The position numbers and the translations under genes were made by a program. A stretch of DNA of 64,000 nucleotides from Raillietiella orientalis. Lineage: Eukaryota. The notes below the pieces were generated by a model. It did not search any database and was not told the DNA's origin. It was given only the letters and a program-made list of their open reading frames with translations. Each line of letters opens with the position of its first letter. Position 1 is the stretch's first letter. The stretch lies in assembly GCA_036172245.1 (NCBI GenBank), contig JAYWIR010000005.1:2232001-2296000 (forward strand), read 5' to 3'. Positions 53,637-64,000 of this stretch are shown here, in pieces.

Positions 53637-55026
53637 CTGAGGGCGAAGGGGAAGAAGGGGAGGAGGAAAGGAGGCGAATGAGCGAAAACCTTCTTGAAGA
53701 GCTTGCAAGAGACGGGGGGAAGAGGAGATGCTCTTCCCCCCCAGAAAGCACCGGGAGTTTTTCCAGGAGCGCGTTCACTTGCCCACCAGGCCGCTCGCCT
53801 TCCCTTCCGAGCTGGCTGCCCAGGGGAAGAGATCGCTTATCCCTTGGCTTCCTCCTCCTCACCAACACGCACCCTCCCCGCTGCTGTTGCCCCTTCCCCA
53901 CCCTCGCAGCTAGGCCGCAGGTATTTCTTGGGCAGAAGAACCCTGGGCCGTGCTGGGGGAAAGGAGGGAGGGAGGAGGTGGGGAGTCCGGGACTGCCCGA
54001 TTCTGGAAGAAGGAGGGCACGGACCTTTTCAAAGCGTTTTCGGCGACGTCTTGTTCGCTCATCTCAGGGCAATAGGCGGGGTAGTGGGAAGGGCAGAAGG
54101 AGGGATCGATCCAACTCATATTCAAACCAAGGGCTGACCGTTCCTTTGAGATCAGGGAAGGCGTAAGCGAGAGGGGGAGGGATGGAGGCTGTCAGGGTAA
54201 CACAAGGGGGGAGGAGGAGAGACGTCTGAGGGGATGGGAAGGGAGTGGGTACCCATCGGGGTCTGTCAAGAGCCGCGTGAGCAACCAACCGCCACCATAG
54301 AAGGGGAATAGGGGAAGGTCCGAGATGGCTTCTTACCCCTCTCCCCCCCCCCTGCTCCTGCAAAAAGCCATGCGGCAATCGCGTGCGCGCGAAGGAGTGG
54401 GGATGGGGACGGACAGAAGATGCGGGAAGAGGAGAAAGAAAGAAAGACAAAAAGGCGCTCCCACCTTTGGCGCTGCAGTGGACCACGACCTTGCGGGCGT
54501 GTTGCTCGCACGGAGCAGGCCGGTCGCCACGCAGCAGGTCGTCCAGGAAGGCGATGTAGCCGATGGCCAGTCGCAGGGTGTCCACCTTGCTCAGCCGTTT
54601 CTCATAGGGCTGCGTGGGGATGCGCGAGCGCAAGCCCTCGAAGGCGTCGTTGATGCTCTGCATCCTCCGGCGCTCGCGCAGGTTCGCCGCCTGCCTCTGT
54701 TGGTGCTGCTGGCCGCCGCCACTGGCACCACCTCCGCAGCAGCGACGGCGTTGTTGTTGTTGCTGCTGCTGGTGCTTCCTCCGACGCAGACTATCGGCGG
54801 CACCGCTGCCGGCGGAGGGGATCTCCGGGGTTCCGCGGGGGTCGCCTGCAACACCGCCGAAGAAAGAGAACTCGGGCAATGCGTAGACGCCGGCAAGGTC
54901 CCCCGGAGCCAACAGGTCGCTCACCAGTCCGCGCGCGTCGTCCGGCGACCCCCCTCCGGCGACGCCGCCGGGACCCCCGTAGGGCAGCGAAGGGCACGGG
55001 TCTGCCCTCCCTAGGTACAGCTGCAT
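53452..55026 (-). CDS. Ptf1a: Pancreas transcription factor 1a / Fer1 bHLH protein; join(complement 54465-55026, 53452-53636), 248 aa
   Basis: Exon 1 holds the b[55 protein letters not shown] and then KVVVHC. Phase-1 intron AAAG|gtggga ... cttcgccctcag|CC. Exon 2 holds HSLSW and [10 protein letters not shown] (C1/C2 RBPJ-binding motifs). Start ATG 55026 is the only ATG in the exon-1 frame upstream of the bHLH. Confidence 0.93.
54465..55026 (-). CDS. Ptf1a: Ptf1a exon 1 (MQLYLG..polyQ..bHLH..HCSAK)
   Basis: Part of ORF 54064-55293; bHLH diagnostic of the Ptf1a/Fer1 family. Confidence 0.93.
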
Positions 55027-55092
55027 ACCGGAGCAGTCGCTGCTGCTGCCGCCGCCGCGAGCCGACTGATCGGGATGGCAGTGGTCGGTCCG

Positions 55093-55508
55093 TTTATGGC
55101 AGCCGCGAGGGCGGAGCCTGGGCGGCGAGTGGGGGAAGCCTAGCAACGGGGGAGGTGCGCGCGCGCCCGCTGTCTCCGCCCCTCTCCGTCCCCGTCGCGG
55201 AAGGCTGAGACCCTCGTGTGAAGCGCTGGCAAGAAAGGAAAGCGGAAGCTGGCAGAGGAGGAGAGAGGAGCCCTGCTCTCGCCGCCGTCCCACGCACCCG
55301 CCCTCTTCTCCTCCTCACCCTCATTCCCTTTCTTTTCCCTGCCGCCTCTCCAAGAGATCGCGCGGCTGACGTCACCGCGCTTCTCCCGGACAACTGCCCC
55401 AGTTCCAGCAGGGATAGGAAGGCATGTAGTCTCTTCTTCCTCTCTCCCCTCTTCCCTCTCCTCCTTCACTCTCTGAGACCTTCCTCTTTTGTCCTGCGCA
55501 TTCCCACA
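55093..55508 (-). promoter_or_regulatory. Ptf1a proximal region: TATA-like CATAAA (~55093-55098) and consensus Su(H)/RBPJ site TGTGGGAA (55501-55508)
   Basis: Motif matches only, about 70 and 480 nt upstream of the ATG. Confidence 0.3.
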
Positions 55509-58364
55509 CGTTCCTCTCTTCGGCAGGCGGGAAGACGAGAGTCACCAGGGATGCGCGCGCGCCAACTCATCTCGCCATCGGCGCCGGTGGAAATCGGGAA
55601 TTCGGAGTGACCGGCGGAGGCAGTCGCGCGACGGGTTTTTCGCGCCCCTCCCGCCGTCGGCGCGTCTCCCTGGATGAAAGTTCCCATGTAGGGTGCACGC
55701 GGAATTCCGAACACTAACGAGGCAGCGAGAAAGGAGGGAGCAGGGGGGGAGGTGGAGGCATAGCACGAAACATCCCCTCCTCCTCCCCCTTCTCCCCTCT
55801 CCTTTCGCTCAGCTGCACCTTCGCCGCCGTCGCCGTCGCTTATCTTCGCGGGTTGCGCGACGGCGGTGGCAGCAACGGCAGCAGCTGGAAAAAGTTCCAC
55901 GAAGATAAGCGCCACGTCTTCTTCGTCTCGCGGGCGTTTCGTCTCCGGGAGAATCGCCAGCTGGGAACAGCGGCTGCTGCCTCCCTCCGGGACGCGGATC
56001 GTTGCGCGCGCGGTGGGAGCAGGAAGCAAAAGGGAAGGGGTGGCGAGAGGGGGAGAGGCAGGCAGGGGAGGGAGGAACTTCCTCCCCTGTCCTCTGAAGC
56101 CCTTCGCGAAGAGCGCCAGCTCAACGAGAAGACGGGTTTCTGCCGGAGGCGTGTCATCGTCCATTCCGGACAACACCGGGATAGGAAATGGGTGGCCCGG
56201 GGTAGCCACCACATGCACTATGTCCCGCGGGAGGACAGTAGGGTTTCACCCTCGCAAAGCAGGGTGTAGGGAAAGACACCGGGATGTGGGAGGGGGCGAT
56301 CCGCGCAATCGATCACTGGGGAAGAGAGAAGAGGGGAGGACGGCGAGCTGGGATTGTTGAAAGAATCGCGTGGTATTGTTGAGGGTGGTTCGATTGTCAG
56401 AGACCTTTCCATTGTTGCGCGTGTGAGAGGTTCGCTCCGAGGCGGTGGGAACGCGGACCCGGCTGCGTAGTGATGACGTCACCAGCCGGGTTCTCCCCTC
56501 GGAAGCCTCTTCGGTCCCCTGGAACAGCGTCTGCCTTCAAGGGAATCAGCGAGTCGTGGGCAGACTTTGCTGCTGAAGCGGAGACGACCGATTGAGGAGC
56601 CGAAAACCTCGTGATCTTCCCCGCTCCATCTCCAGCCGTGGGTTGACCAAGGGGCACTCTCGCACGTAAGTCGGGCCCTGAGGGACTCTCTAACGGCACT
56701 TAGAGACGCAGCAATTAGGGAACTTTTAGAGAAGGGATCCGCTCTTACGCAGGCACGGAGGAAGGAGAGTCTCTCGGCAGCAATAAAGGACGTCCCCTGA
56801 GACGGTGTTGCCAACGGGAGCGGGCGCGATCCCTCCGTGTAGGGGAAGGTTCCTTCTCTTCCCGGGCAGTAGGCCCTCTTTGCACTGTGCTCTGCGACGC
56901 GGGAGGCTAGAAGCTTCTCTCAGCTGCTCCTCCCCTCTTCTGGAATTCGAGGCAGGCAAGGCGCAGCGACGTTCCCGGGAGACTTGAAGCCCGACAGGGT
57001 GCAATGAAGCGGACGGGAAGGGGGGCAGGAGTAGAAGTCCTTTTCGCTCTCCCCTTACCTTCCCGTCGAGTTAATCAGGTGGGAAGGTATGCGAGCGGAA
57101 GGCGACCCTCTCGGCCGTCACGGGGGAGGAGGAAACCATGAGGAAGAAAGGGAGGAGAGGAAGAGGATGACGGGACAGGAGGAGGAGCGCTCGCGCCCCC
57201 GCGGAACGGACTTCCTCAGCAGAGAGCTCCCGGACTGCCCGGGAGACATAGGGAGGGAATGGATGCCCCTCCCTCCCTAAGCGCGGCAAACAGGGCGCAG
57301 CCTGTTCGAACCTTTTTGCATAGAGGTCTCTCGATGGAGGCACGGGGTGCGTGCCCCCCGGGATGGAGCGGTATTTCTATGGAAGGACCGGGAAGATCGG
57401 CGAAAGAGGCGTGTCGCTCCTCCGCAGCCTGCGCCCTTCAAGGAGCAGCGCCGTGGGAGACAGTGGCAGGAGAGCAGAAGGCTTCCATGGGTTCGGCCGG
57501 GAAAGCAGGAAGGGAGTCTTCTCCTCCCGTCCGAAAGAAGAGGCGAAGTACGCAGCCTGCGTCTCATCCTAAGGTGGTGGGGCTCCTGGGGCAGGAGGGA
57601 ATCGAAGCGGTAGCAAAGGTAGCGCTATCGGAGTTTTTTCGACGGGGCTGAGGAGGAACCAAGCCACGACTGGGAAGGCGTCTCTCCAGCAATGTTTGCA
57701 CTGTGAAACTGGGCGGCTAAGACCCCCCAGGGGATAAAGAAGGCGGAGCGGGAGAGCTGCGTCCTGCAAGACGCGGCCACTTTGCTCATGGCGGCGACCT
57801 CTGACCGGTGAGCTCCGTGTCTCGACCTCGGAGAGGCACGGAGAGCGGTGCATCCTCTTCCCGGCGTTTCCCTGGAGGACTTCCTTGAGAACCGGAGGGC
57901 ATTCTCTCCCATGGACGTTCTCTGGAGCACCTTCCCGCCGGCTTCTCTTCGTCGACGGCGTCCCCTACCGACGACCCCAGAGCAGCGCTGGAGCAGTTAC
58001 CGGACGCATCTCGTCCTCCTCCGCGAAAGGAAAAGGAAACGGAGTGAGAGGAGGATGAAAGGATCCGACGTGATCCGACCCCCAGGTCTGCACTGTTTCC
58101 GTCCTGCACCTGGGAACCTCACTGTTCTCGCCTCCCGCCCAGCGTGAAGTGCGGTCCCCAGTGCCGAAGAGAGGAACTTCCCTTGTGAACCGCATCCTCC
58201 TCCCAGTCGAGCACCTGGACCCACGGAGTTGACCATCAGATAAGCGCGGCTCAGCTCTGATTAACGTACCGGATACAGGAGGGATCCGTGCCCACTCCCC
58301 AAATGGCTCCTTTGGAAGACGAACTGTAGCGTGCTGGTGACAATGACGAGAAAGGAAGCCTCTT

Positions 58365-58640
58365 ATTCCTCTCCGTCCTGTTTTCCTTCTTCCCTTCCTC
58401 CTCCTCCTCCTTCTCCCTTCATCCTCCTTCTCTTCTCCTCCTCCTTCCTTTTTCCCTTCTCCCTTTCCTCTTATTTCTCTCTTTTCTTCCCCCTTCCCTT
58501 CCTCTTTCGCTTCTCCCTTCCTTCACCTATTCCTCCCTTCTTCCTCCGCCTCCTCTCTCCCCCCTTCCTTTCTCCTTCCTTACTCCGACTCCTTCCCTTC
58601 CTCCTCCTCATTCTTCGCTTTTTCCACCCTTCCCCTCATG
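58365..58640. repeat. Long homopyrimidine (CT) tract
   Basis: About 270 nt almost entirely C/T. Confidence 0.9.
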
Positions 58641-61600
58641 ATAGAGGAGCAAGGTAAGCAAGCGGAGGAGGGAATCCGCGCTGCTCTGCTCGCTTACCAG
58701 TTTTATGGAAGAAGCGACTCCCGGGGATGGGATGACTACTGACTATGACCGTGCGCGTTTTCGTGGGAAAGGACAGAGAGCTTGGCGCTCTGGTAGGCGC
58801 GTCGGGCTCTCCCGAGGCGCTCCGCTCGGTATGCAGGGCAGCAGCGTCCGCTCAGGAGCAATGTTGACCCCGGAACCTGCGGAGGAAAAAAAAAAAATCG
58901 CCCTTCCTCCGGCGTCCCTCCTTGAGGTTCGCCACGCCTTCTGGGAGCTCAAGGTGCGGGCACTTCAGGAATTCTTGAAAATTCCCGCGTGAGGTCGGCT
59001 GCTTTCCTGTTTTCCTTTTTTTTCCCTCTCTCTCTCTCTCTTGACTTTTGCGGCCGGGGAAAATTCGCATCTGCTCCGTGGCAGGTTGACATGGAAATGG
59101 CTGCTGCTGCTTGATATCTCACGAGCAGATGTTTATCTGCAGGAGCGGTCGGAGGTGCCTGCCGTCGAAGTCCACAGGTCTCGTGGAGTTGCGCAACGCG
59201 CGGACGACGATTCGAGTCGAACGACGGACCCCGTGGCGCGCACAAGGTGAAGGCAGGGCAACCCGTCACGGAGGAGGAAGCCTCGCGTCACCAGGGAGAT
59301 TCCGGGTCTGGGAGAGCGGAAGGCGGGGCTGAGCGAAGGGTAAGAGAGACTGGCCGTCGCGCAGGAGCGGCGGGTGAACAGACAGGCGACGAGCCGGAAG
59401 GAAGGAGTTGCGCTCCCGCGGCCAATACATTCGCCAGCCCCACCACCTAACCACCTAACTCCATCACCACCACTCCCGCCCACTGCTGCGCTTCCGGTAC
59501 TGGCTCACAGATGGCGCCACAGAGCAGCGGAATCCTCCGGTAACCGAGGGTGCAAAGGAAAGCGTGTGTATCCCGAAAATTCCCCCTCTTCCTCTTCTTC
59601 TCCTCCCTCCCTCTCTGCTCCTCTCCCTTTTCCTTCTCCCCCTCTCATCCTTTCCCTTCCTCTCACTTCCTTTTTTTCTTCCTCCCTTCTTCGTCTTCTC
59701 ACTCCCTTCGTCTTCTTCCTCCTTTATTCTTCCTCCTACTCCTGTCAAGGGGGTGGCAAGCCGTTCGGTCCGTGCCACCTTAGCGTGCAGCGCCTTGTCG
59801 GACGCTTAGAAGCGGGAGCCTCCGCCTTGCTCAGAACGCTCCGGGTGTAGAGGCGAGGAAGGGAGATCAGGGAAGCACATGTGCAGAGACTCCTCACACC
59901 GACGGCTTTCGAGCCGAGGCTTTTGAGCGCAGAGGATGCAGTTGCGCGGAGGGAGAGGGAGGGAGACCTCTGCCTGGAAGTGCAGATGATCCATGAGCCA
60001 CGGCGTCCGTGGCTGCGCGCTCATCCCTCTTTCCACCCACCCCCTTCTTCCCCTTCGGACCTCGGGGCCTACGAAGGAAAACTCCCGGAAGCAGCACCTT
60101 CGAGTGCTGAAGAGGGCGCAGCTTCCTGGCGCTAATTGCTTACAGCGGGTTCGGCGTCGCGCCAAGGTGGCGGCGGATCGCCTCGACCACTGCTCGCTCC
60201 TCAGTTCTTAAGGATTCCTTTGCGAACGATTGGCGCTTCGTCCGAGGCAAGGACACGGGGTTATCGATCGGGCCTTTTCCTTTGAGTCATCCATCACTCA
60301 TCGGCAGTCGCAATCAACCGGGGCAGCGGGACTGCGGGCCGCCTCCGCCGCGATAGAGCCCGGTAGCTCCTTCGCCCCCCCCCGGACTGCGCCCACACCC
60401 TCTTCTGCTTTCTGAACGCGCCGGAGTGAGGCAGAGGACGGGCGCCAGCGGGCATCGCCGCCCGCGGCGGACGGGAGAGGGGCGCTCCCTTGCTGTTGCC
60501 CCAAGGGGACGGTTCGGAAGCTCAGCTTCCGAACGACGTCGACTCGGTTCGGCCTCAAGCAGCCGTTGGGAAAGCTGCCAGGAGATACAGCACGAGGCCC
60601 CCTTGGGACCTCGCAGGGGGGTTTCCGTTTGGAACGGGCAGAGCTTCCTCGGGAGAGTCCGTCCCGGGAGCAAGGAATGCTCCTCTTTCTCAAATCTTTC
60701 CCTTCCCCCCTTGAGGACTCGCCGTCTTGAAGACCTCAGCCGGAATCCGCCTCCTGGGGTTCTCTGTCTTCTCCTGCAGCCGTCAGCGCCTCCTGGTGGC
60801 GTCCTCCCGCAGCAGCTACCTCCGTCGCCCGTCGCTTGGCTGCTCGGTCGCCCTATCGAAGCCTCAGCCAAGGGACTCTTCGCCGGCGGGTACAGTGGTC
60901 TTCCTGGAGCGGGCGGCGATGGCACCGGAAGCGGGAAGAGAGCGAAAAAGTGGCAGCACCACTGGGGGAGGTGCGCCGGTCTTCAGGTTCGGAAACAGAG
61001 GAGCTCCTGGAGCTGGGAGTTGCGTTCCCGGCGTGCGGGAAATGGGAGGAGCGCCGGACTGCGCAGGATCAGACGAGGCGTTCCTCAAGCGAACTCGGGA
61101 CGCTCGCCTCCGCCTCCCGCGCCCCCGAGTCCGAACTCCCGGAAGGTCCCCGGAGCCAGTCACGTGAACTTCGCGCCGTCCTGTCGGCGTCAGCGTCGCG
61201 GTGATGGAGAGGAAGAATAGCAGACCCTCCGCCGTCGAGATGTCAGCCCTGCTGCCTTGCCGCCGGTTCTCTAGGGAGACGCAAAGGACCAGGTGGGGAA
61301 CCCCCTGGATTGCTCCCTTTTTCCCGTCTCCCTCCCTTTCCAGCTGAGGCCGCCAGGAGGCTACGGAGATTCGTCTGGTCGCCCTTTCGAAACGTTCCTG
61401 GCACGTCGTCTCCTTCCCTCCCCCCTCTGCCATCCCCTTGGTAACCACTGGACCTCCATTATCCCCTTTTTCTCGGCGGGATTCCCCGCGCCCACGAGAG
61501 CCTCGAGCCAGAGCGCTCGCGCAGTACCCGGAAGGACCACCCGTCCCCTCCCTCGCTCAATGATGAGCCCTCTGGCTGCGAACGGGGAGAGCTCGCGGCG

Positions 61601-62549
61601 CGCACGACCCATCCGGATGAGTGGGTGGGGTTTCCCGCGCGAAACCTTCCCCCCTCTGTAGCACTCGTCCTCCTCCCTGGATCAGGAGCTGCGAGGGGAG
61701 AAACGATCCCCCCTTCTCACCGATTCGCCCCAGGAGAAACCACGCCCTCTCCCCGGCAGCCACATCCTCGAACATCCGTTTCCACGCGTGGTGGACCGGG
61801 GTCGTCCCTCCTCCAGCTACTCTGCTTGCTCCTTGCCCTGTGTTGAGCTCCGACTCCGCCGAAAGGTTACCATGGCCACTCCCACCCGTAGGAGACGGTG
61901 TCCTTGACTCTGTGTCGTCGCCACGCGCTAAATCCGGAAGGGGGGGTTGCCCTTCCCTACCCCATCCTCCCTTCCGTGGCCGCCCTACTTCTGCGGTCAC
62001 GCGCCGAGACATCTCCAGGCCATCGATGGGCATGCCCGCCGACTCCATCCGCTGCGGTGACGTCATCCACCCTTGAGGAGCGCGCTGTTGCTCTACGAAA
62101 CGCTGGCTCCACGACCTCCAGTCTTTCGCCTTTCCCGCGAGGAGGTGGGTAGAAAAGGAAGAAAACAGTGAGGGCATCACATTGCCACACACCACTCTCC
62201 CAGGTCACTCCCTGACCACCCTCTTCCTCTGGAGGAGCCTTTCGCTGCCTGCGAAGCCTTCGGAGCTCGAAGAACTGAGCGTTCCCGCAGCCCCCTCGCT
62301 CCCGACAAAAACGCGGTCCACGAGCGGCTCCTCCAGTGGGACACCTCGCAGTCCTCAGAAGGGGACCGATTGACTCCAGAACAGCCCTCGACCCGTCCCG
62401 TGCGGAGTGGCGCGACTGCCCAGGCAATCTACGCCATCTCTCCGAACCCACGCATCTCCATCACCGCTCACGTTCCAGGAAGCGAAGGGGAAGGGTTGGG
62501 AGGCTCCGTCTCTTGAAGGTAAGGCTTCCAGGCGGTAGCCGCCTCTCAC

Positions 62550-63900
62550 GAGCACTTGCACAGTCGCGATCCTCCTCCGGAAGAGCTCGGGGTCGCCCCA
62601 CACAAGGGAAGTCCGGGGAGGAGCAAAAGAGCTGACTGGGACGAGAATCCTCCCCCCTCGTGCGCTGCTATGAAGGGCGGGTCCGCCACTCTGGCACCGC
62701 CGAGGGATCTGCTACTCCACCCCGGGAAAACCTCCCGCAGCTCGCGGGTTCGCTCCAGCCGCCACCGAGAGATGTCGCGCGCGACCTTGGCACGAATGAA
62801 ATCCCGGAGGCCACGTCCGCGACCGCGCGGACGAACCGCTGGCAGGCTGTCTGGACGCTGACGCACTGCTGCCTCGGGCGCGCGCCTGCGAACTCCCACA
62901 GGAAGACCTCCCCCAGCGCAAACTGCGTCTTCCCGGGGAAACCCCCCGGAAGTCCCAGCTGGGAGTGTGCGCGCGAAATTCCGGAGGGGATAGGGAGAAC
63001 GGGTCAGCTGCCGTGTCGGGGCCGACTCGCAACTTCCCCCCGTCCGTTGAGCTGCGTGAGCGGGTAGGCACGCCCTTCGGGATCGGCGGACCGACCTGCG
63101 CTTGCCGACGCCGCTCTTCCGAAGTGCCGCCCTGGGCGCAGAGAAGCCGAAGGTAAGAGAGCTGTCGAAACGGGGTGGCGGCCGAAGGGATGCTGAAGCG
63201 GGATGGAACGGGGAGGAGGGCCCGCAACTTCCTGCAGGAGCTTGGTTGCCGGAATGTTCGCGAACGAGAAGCAAACTCTTCAGGCTGCAGAACAGGACAT
63301 CTCGGGAATGTCCTGGAAGGAATTCGGGGTCGGACTTCCCCCCTTAGGGAGAAGATATGGCTGCGGGGGAAAGGTGGAGGACTGGAAGGGCCGCTGGAGT
63401 CCATTCTTGAGCACGCGGAAGGCCCGAACGCCGAAGGGACGGAGTACCTCGACGACGGTCAGAGGCGATTTGGTAACTCTTGCACCTCTGCTCCCGCCAG
63501 TTTGAACGAGTGGAACTTGACTTACGGATGGTCCCTATGCACGAATTAGGGGCCGTTCTCGAAGGAAACTGGTCGCTCTTGGATGTCTGGAGTTTTCGGG
63601 AGGCCTGAAGCTGCCAAATGGAAGATCTCTGAAATCACTCCGAGAGAAAAACCGCGTTTGCAGCACGCACTGTACCCTGACCTGATGTCCTGCAGACCGA
63701 TCCTGATAATCCGATCACGCCTCCAACAGCCCACCACCGCCTCGAACCGTCCTCGGAATCTTGCTTCCTCGCTTTGACTGTAGACTCTCCGTGTTCTGGA
63801 ACGTTCGGAGGAACAGGAGAGGCTTCGTTCTGGCGACACGTCTTCCTGAGGGATTCCAGGGTCCCCGGCATCCCGGAAGATTGCGAGGAACGCCACCATC
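62550..63900 (+). mobile_element. Decayed L1/Tx1-clade RT fragment
   Basis: In order: PEELGVAPHKGSPG (~62600), MSRATLARMK (LAxRLK-like), HLGNVL..LREKI (YLG..KI-like, ~63300) and GGLKLPN (63599-63619). Confidence 0.5.
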
Positions 63901-64000
63901 GGGAGGAAATTCTGGAGCAGGTATGCATGCTCTGGCATCGAACTGCGCGTGGAGAGCAAGGAATTTCACTTCGAGGATGTTCCTGCAGCAGCAAACTTTA

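Noticed and set aside
55027..55293. N-terminal extension of Ptf1a from the 409-aa ORF, and its read-through to 54064
   Set aside because: The upstream part has no ATG start. The downstream part runs past a good donor into intron sequence, and the true C-terminal motifs are in exon 2.

Overview
This is eukaryotic (metazoan, probably invertebrate) genomic DNA with two intact spliced genes, both on the minus strand. The first is SDHB (succinate dehydrogenase Fe-S subunit; 6 coding exons, 19772-22303, 287 aa), inside an AT-rich block (~14.6-26.4 kb). The second is Ptf1a/Fer1 (bHLH factor; 2 exons, 53452-55026, 248 aa, with both RBPJ/Su(H)-binding C-terminal motifs), inside very GC/CpG-rich DNA. 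Most of the remaining GC-rich sequence is decayed L1/Tx1-clade LINE ORF2 fragments (endonuclease, RT and zf-RVT motifs still partly readable), at least five copies of a ~430-bp tRNA-derived SINE, an AT-rich interspersed repeat, and CT/GA low-complexity tracts. Weak hAT transposase fossils lie in the AT-rich block. Nearly all long ORFs in the track are GC-content artefacts. I see no convincing new multi-gene system. The best leads are: a young 183-bp inverted duplication abutting a perfect 46-bp palindrome (33336-34255); the SINE family with a tandem dimer and a tail-to-tail pair; a possible decayed duplicate or uORF of the SDHB targeting-peptide exon; 43/44-nt SDHB introns; an Asn->His change in the SDHB Fe-S motif; and a sharp CpG-depletion footprint over the SDHB gene body. 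Transposon boundaries and motif calls were read by eye and are approximate.
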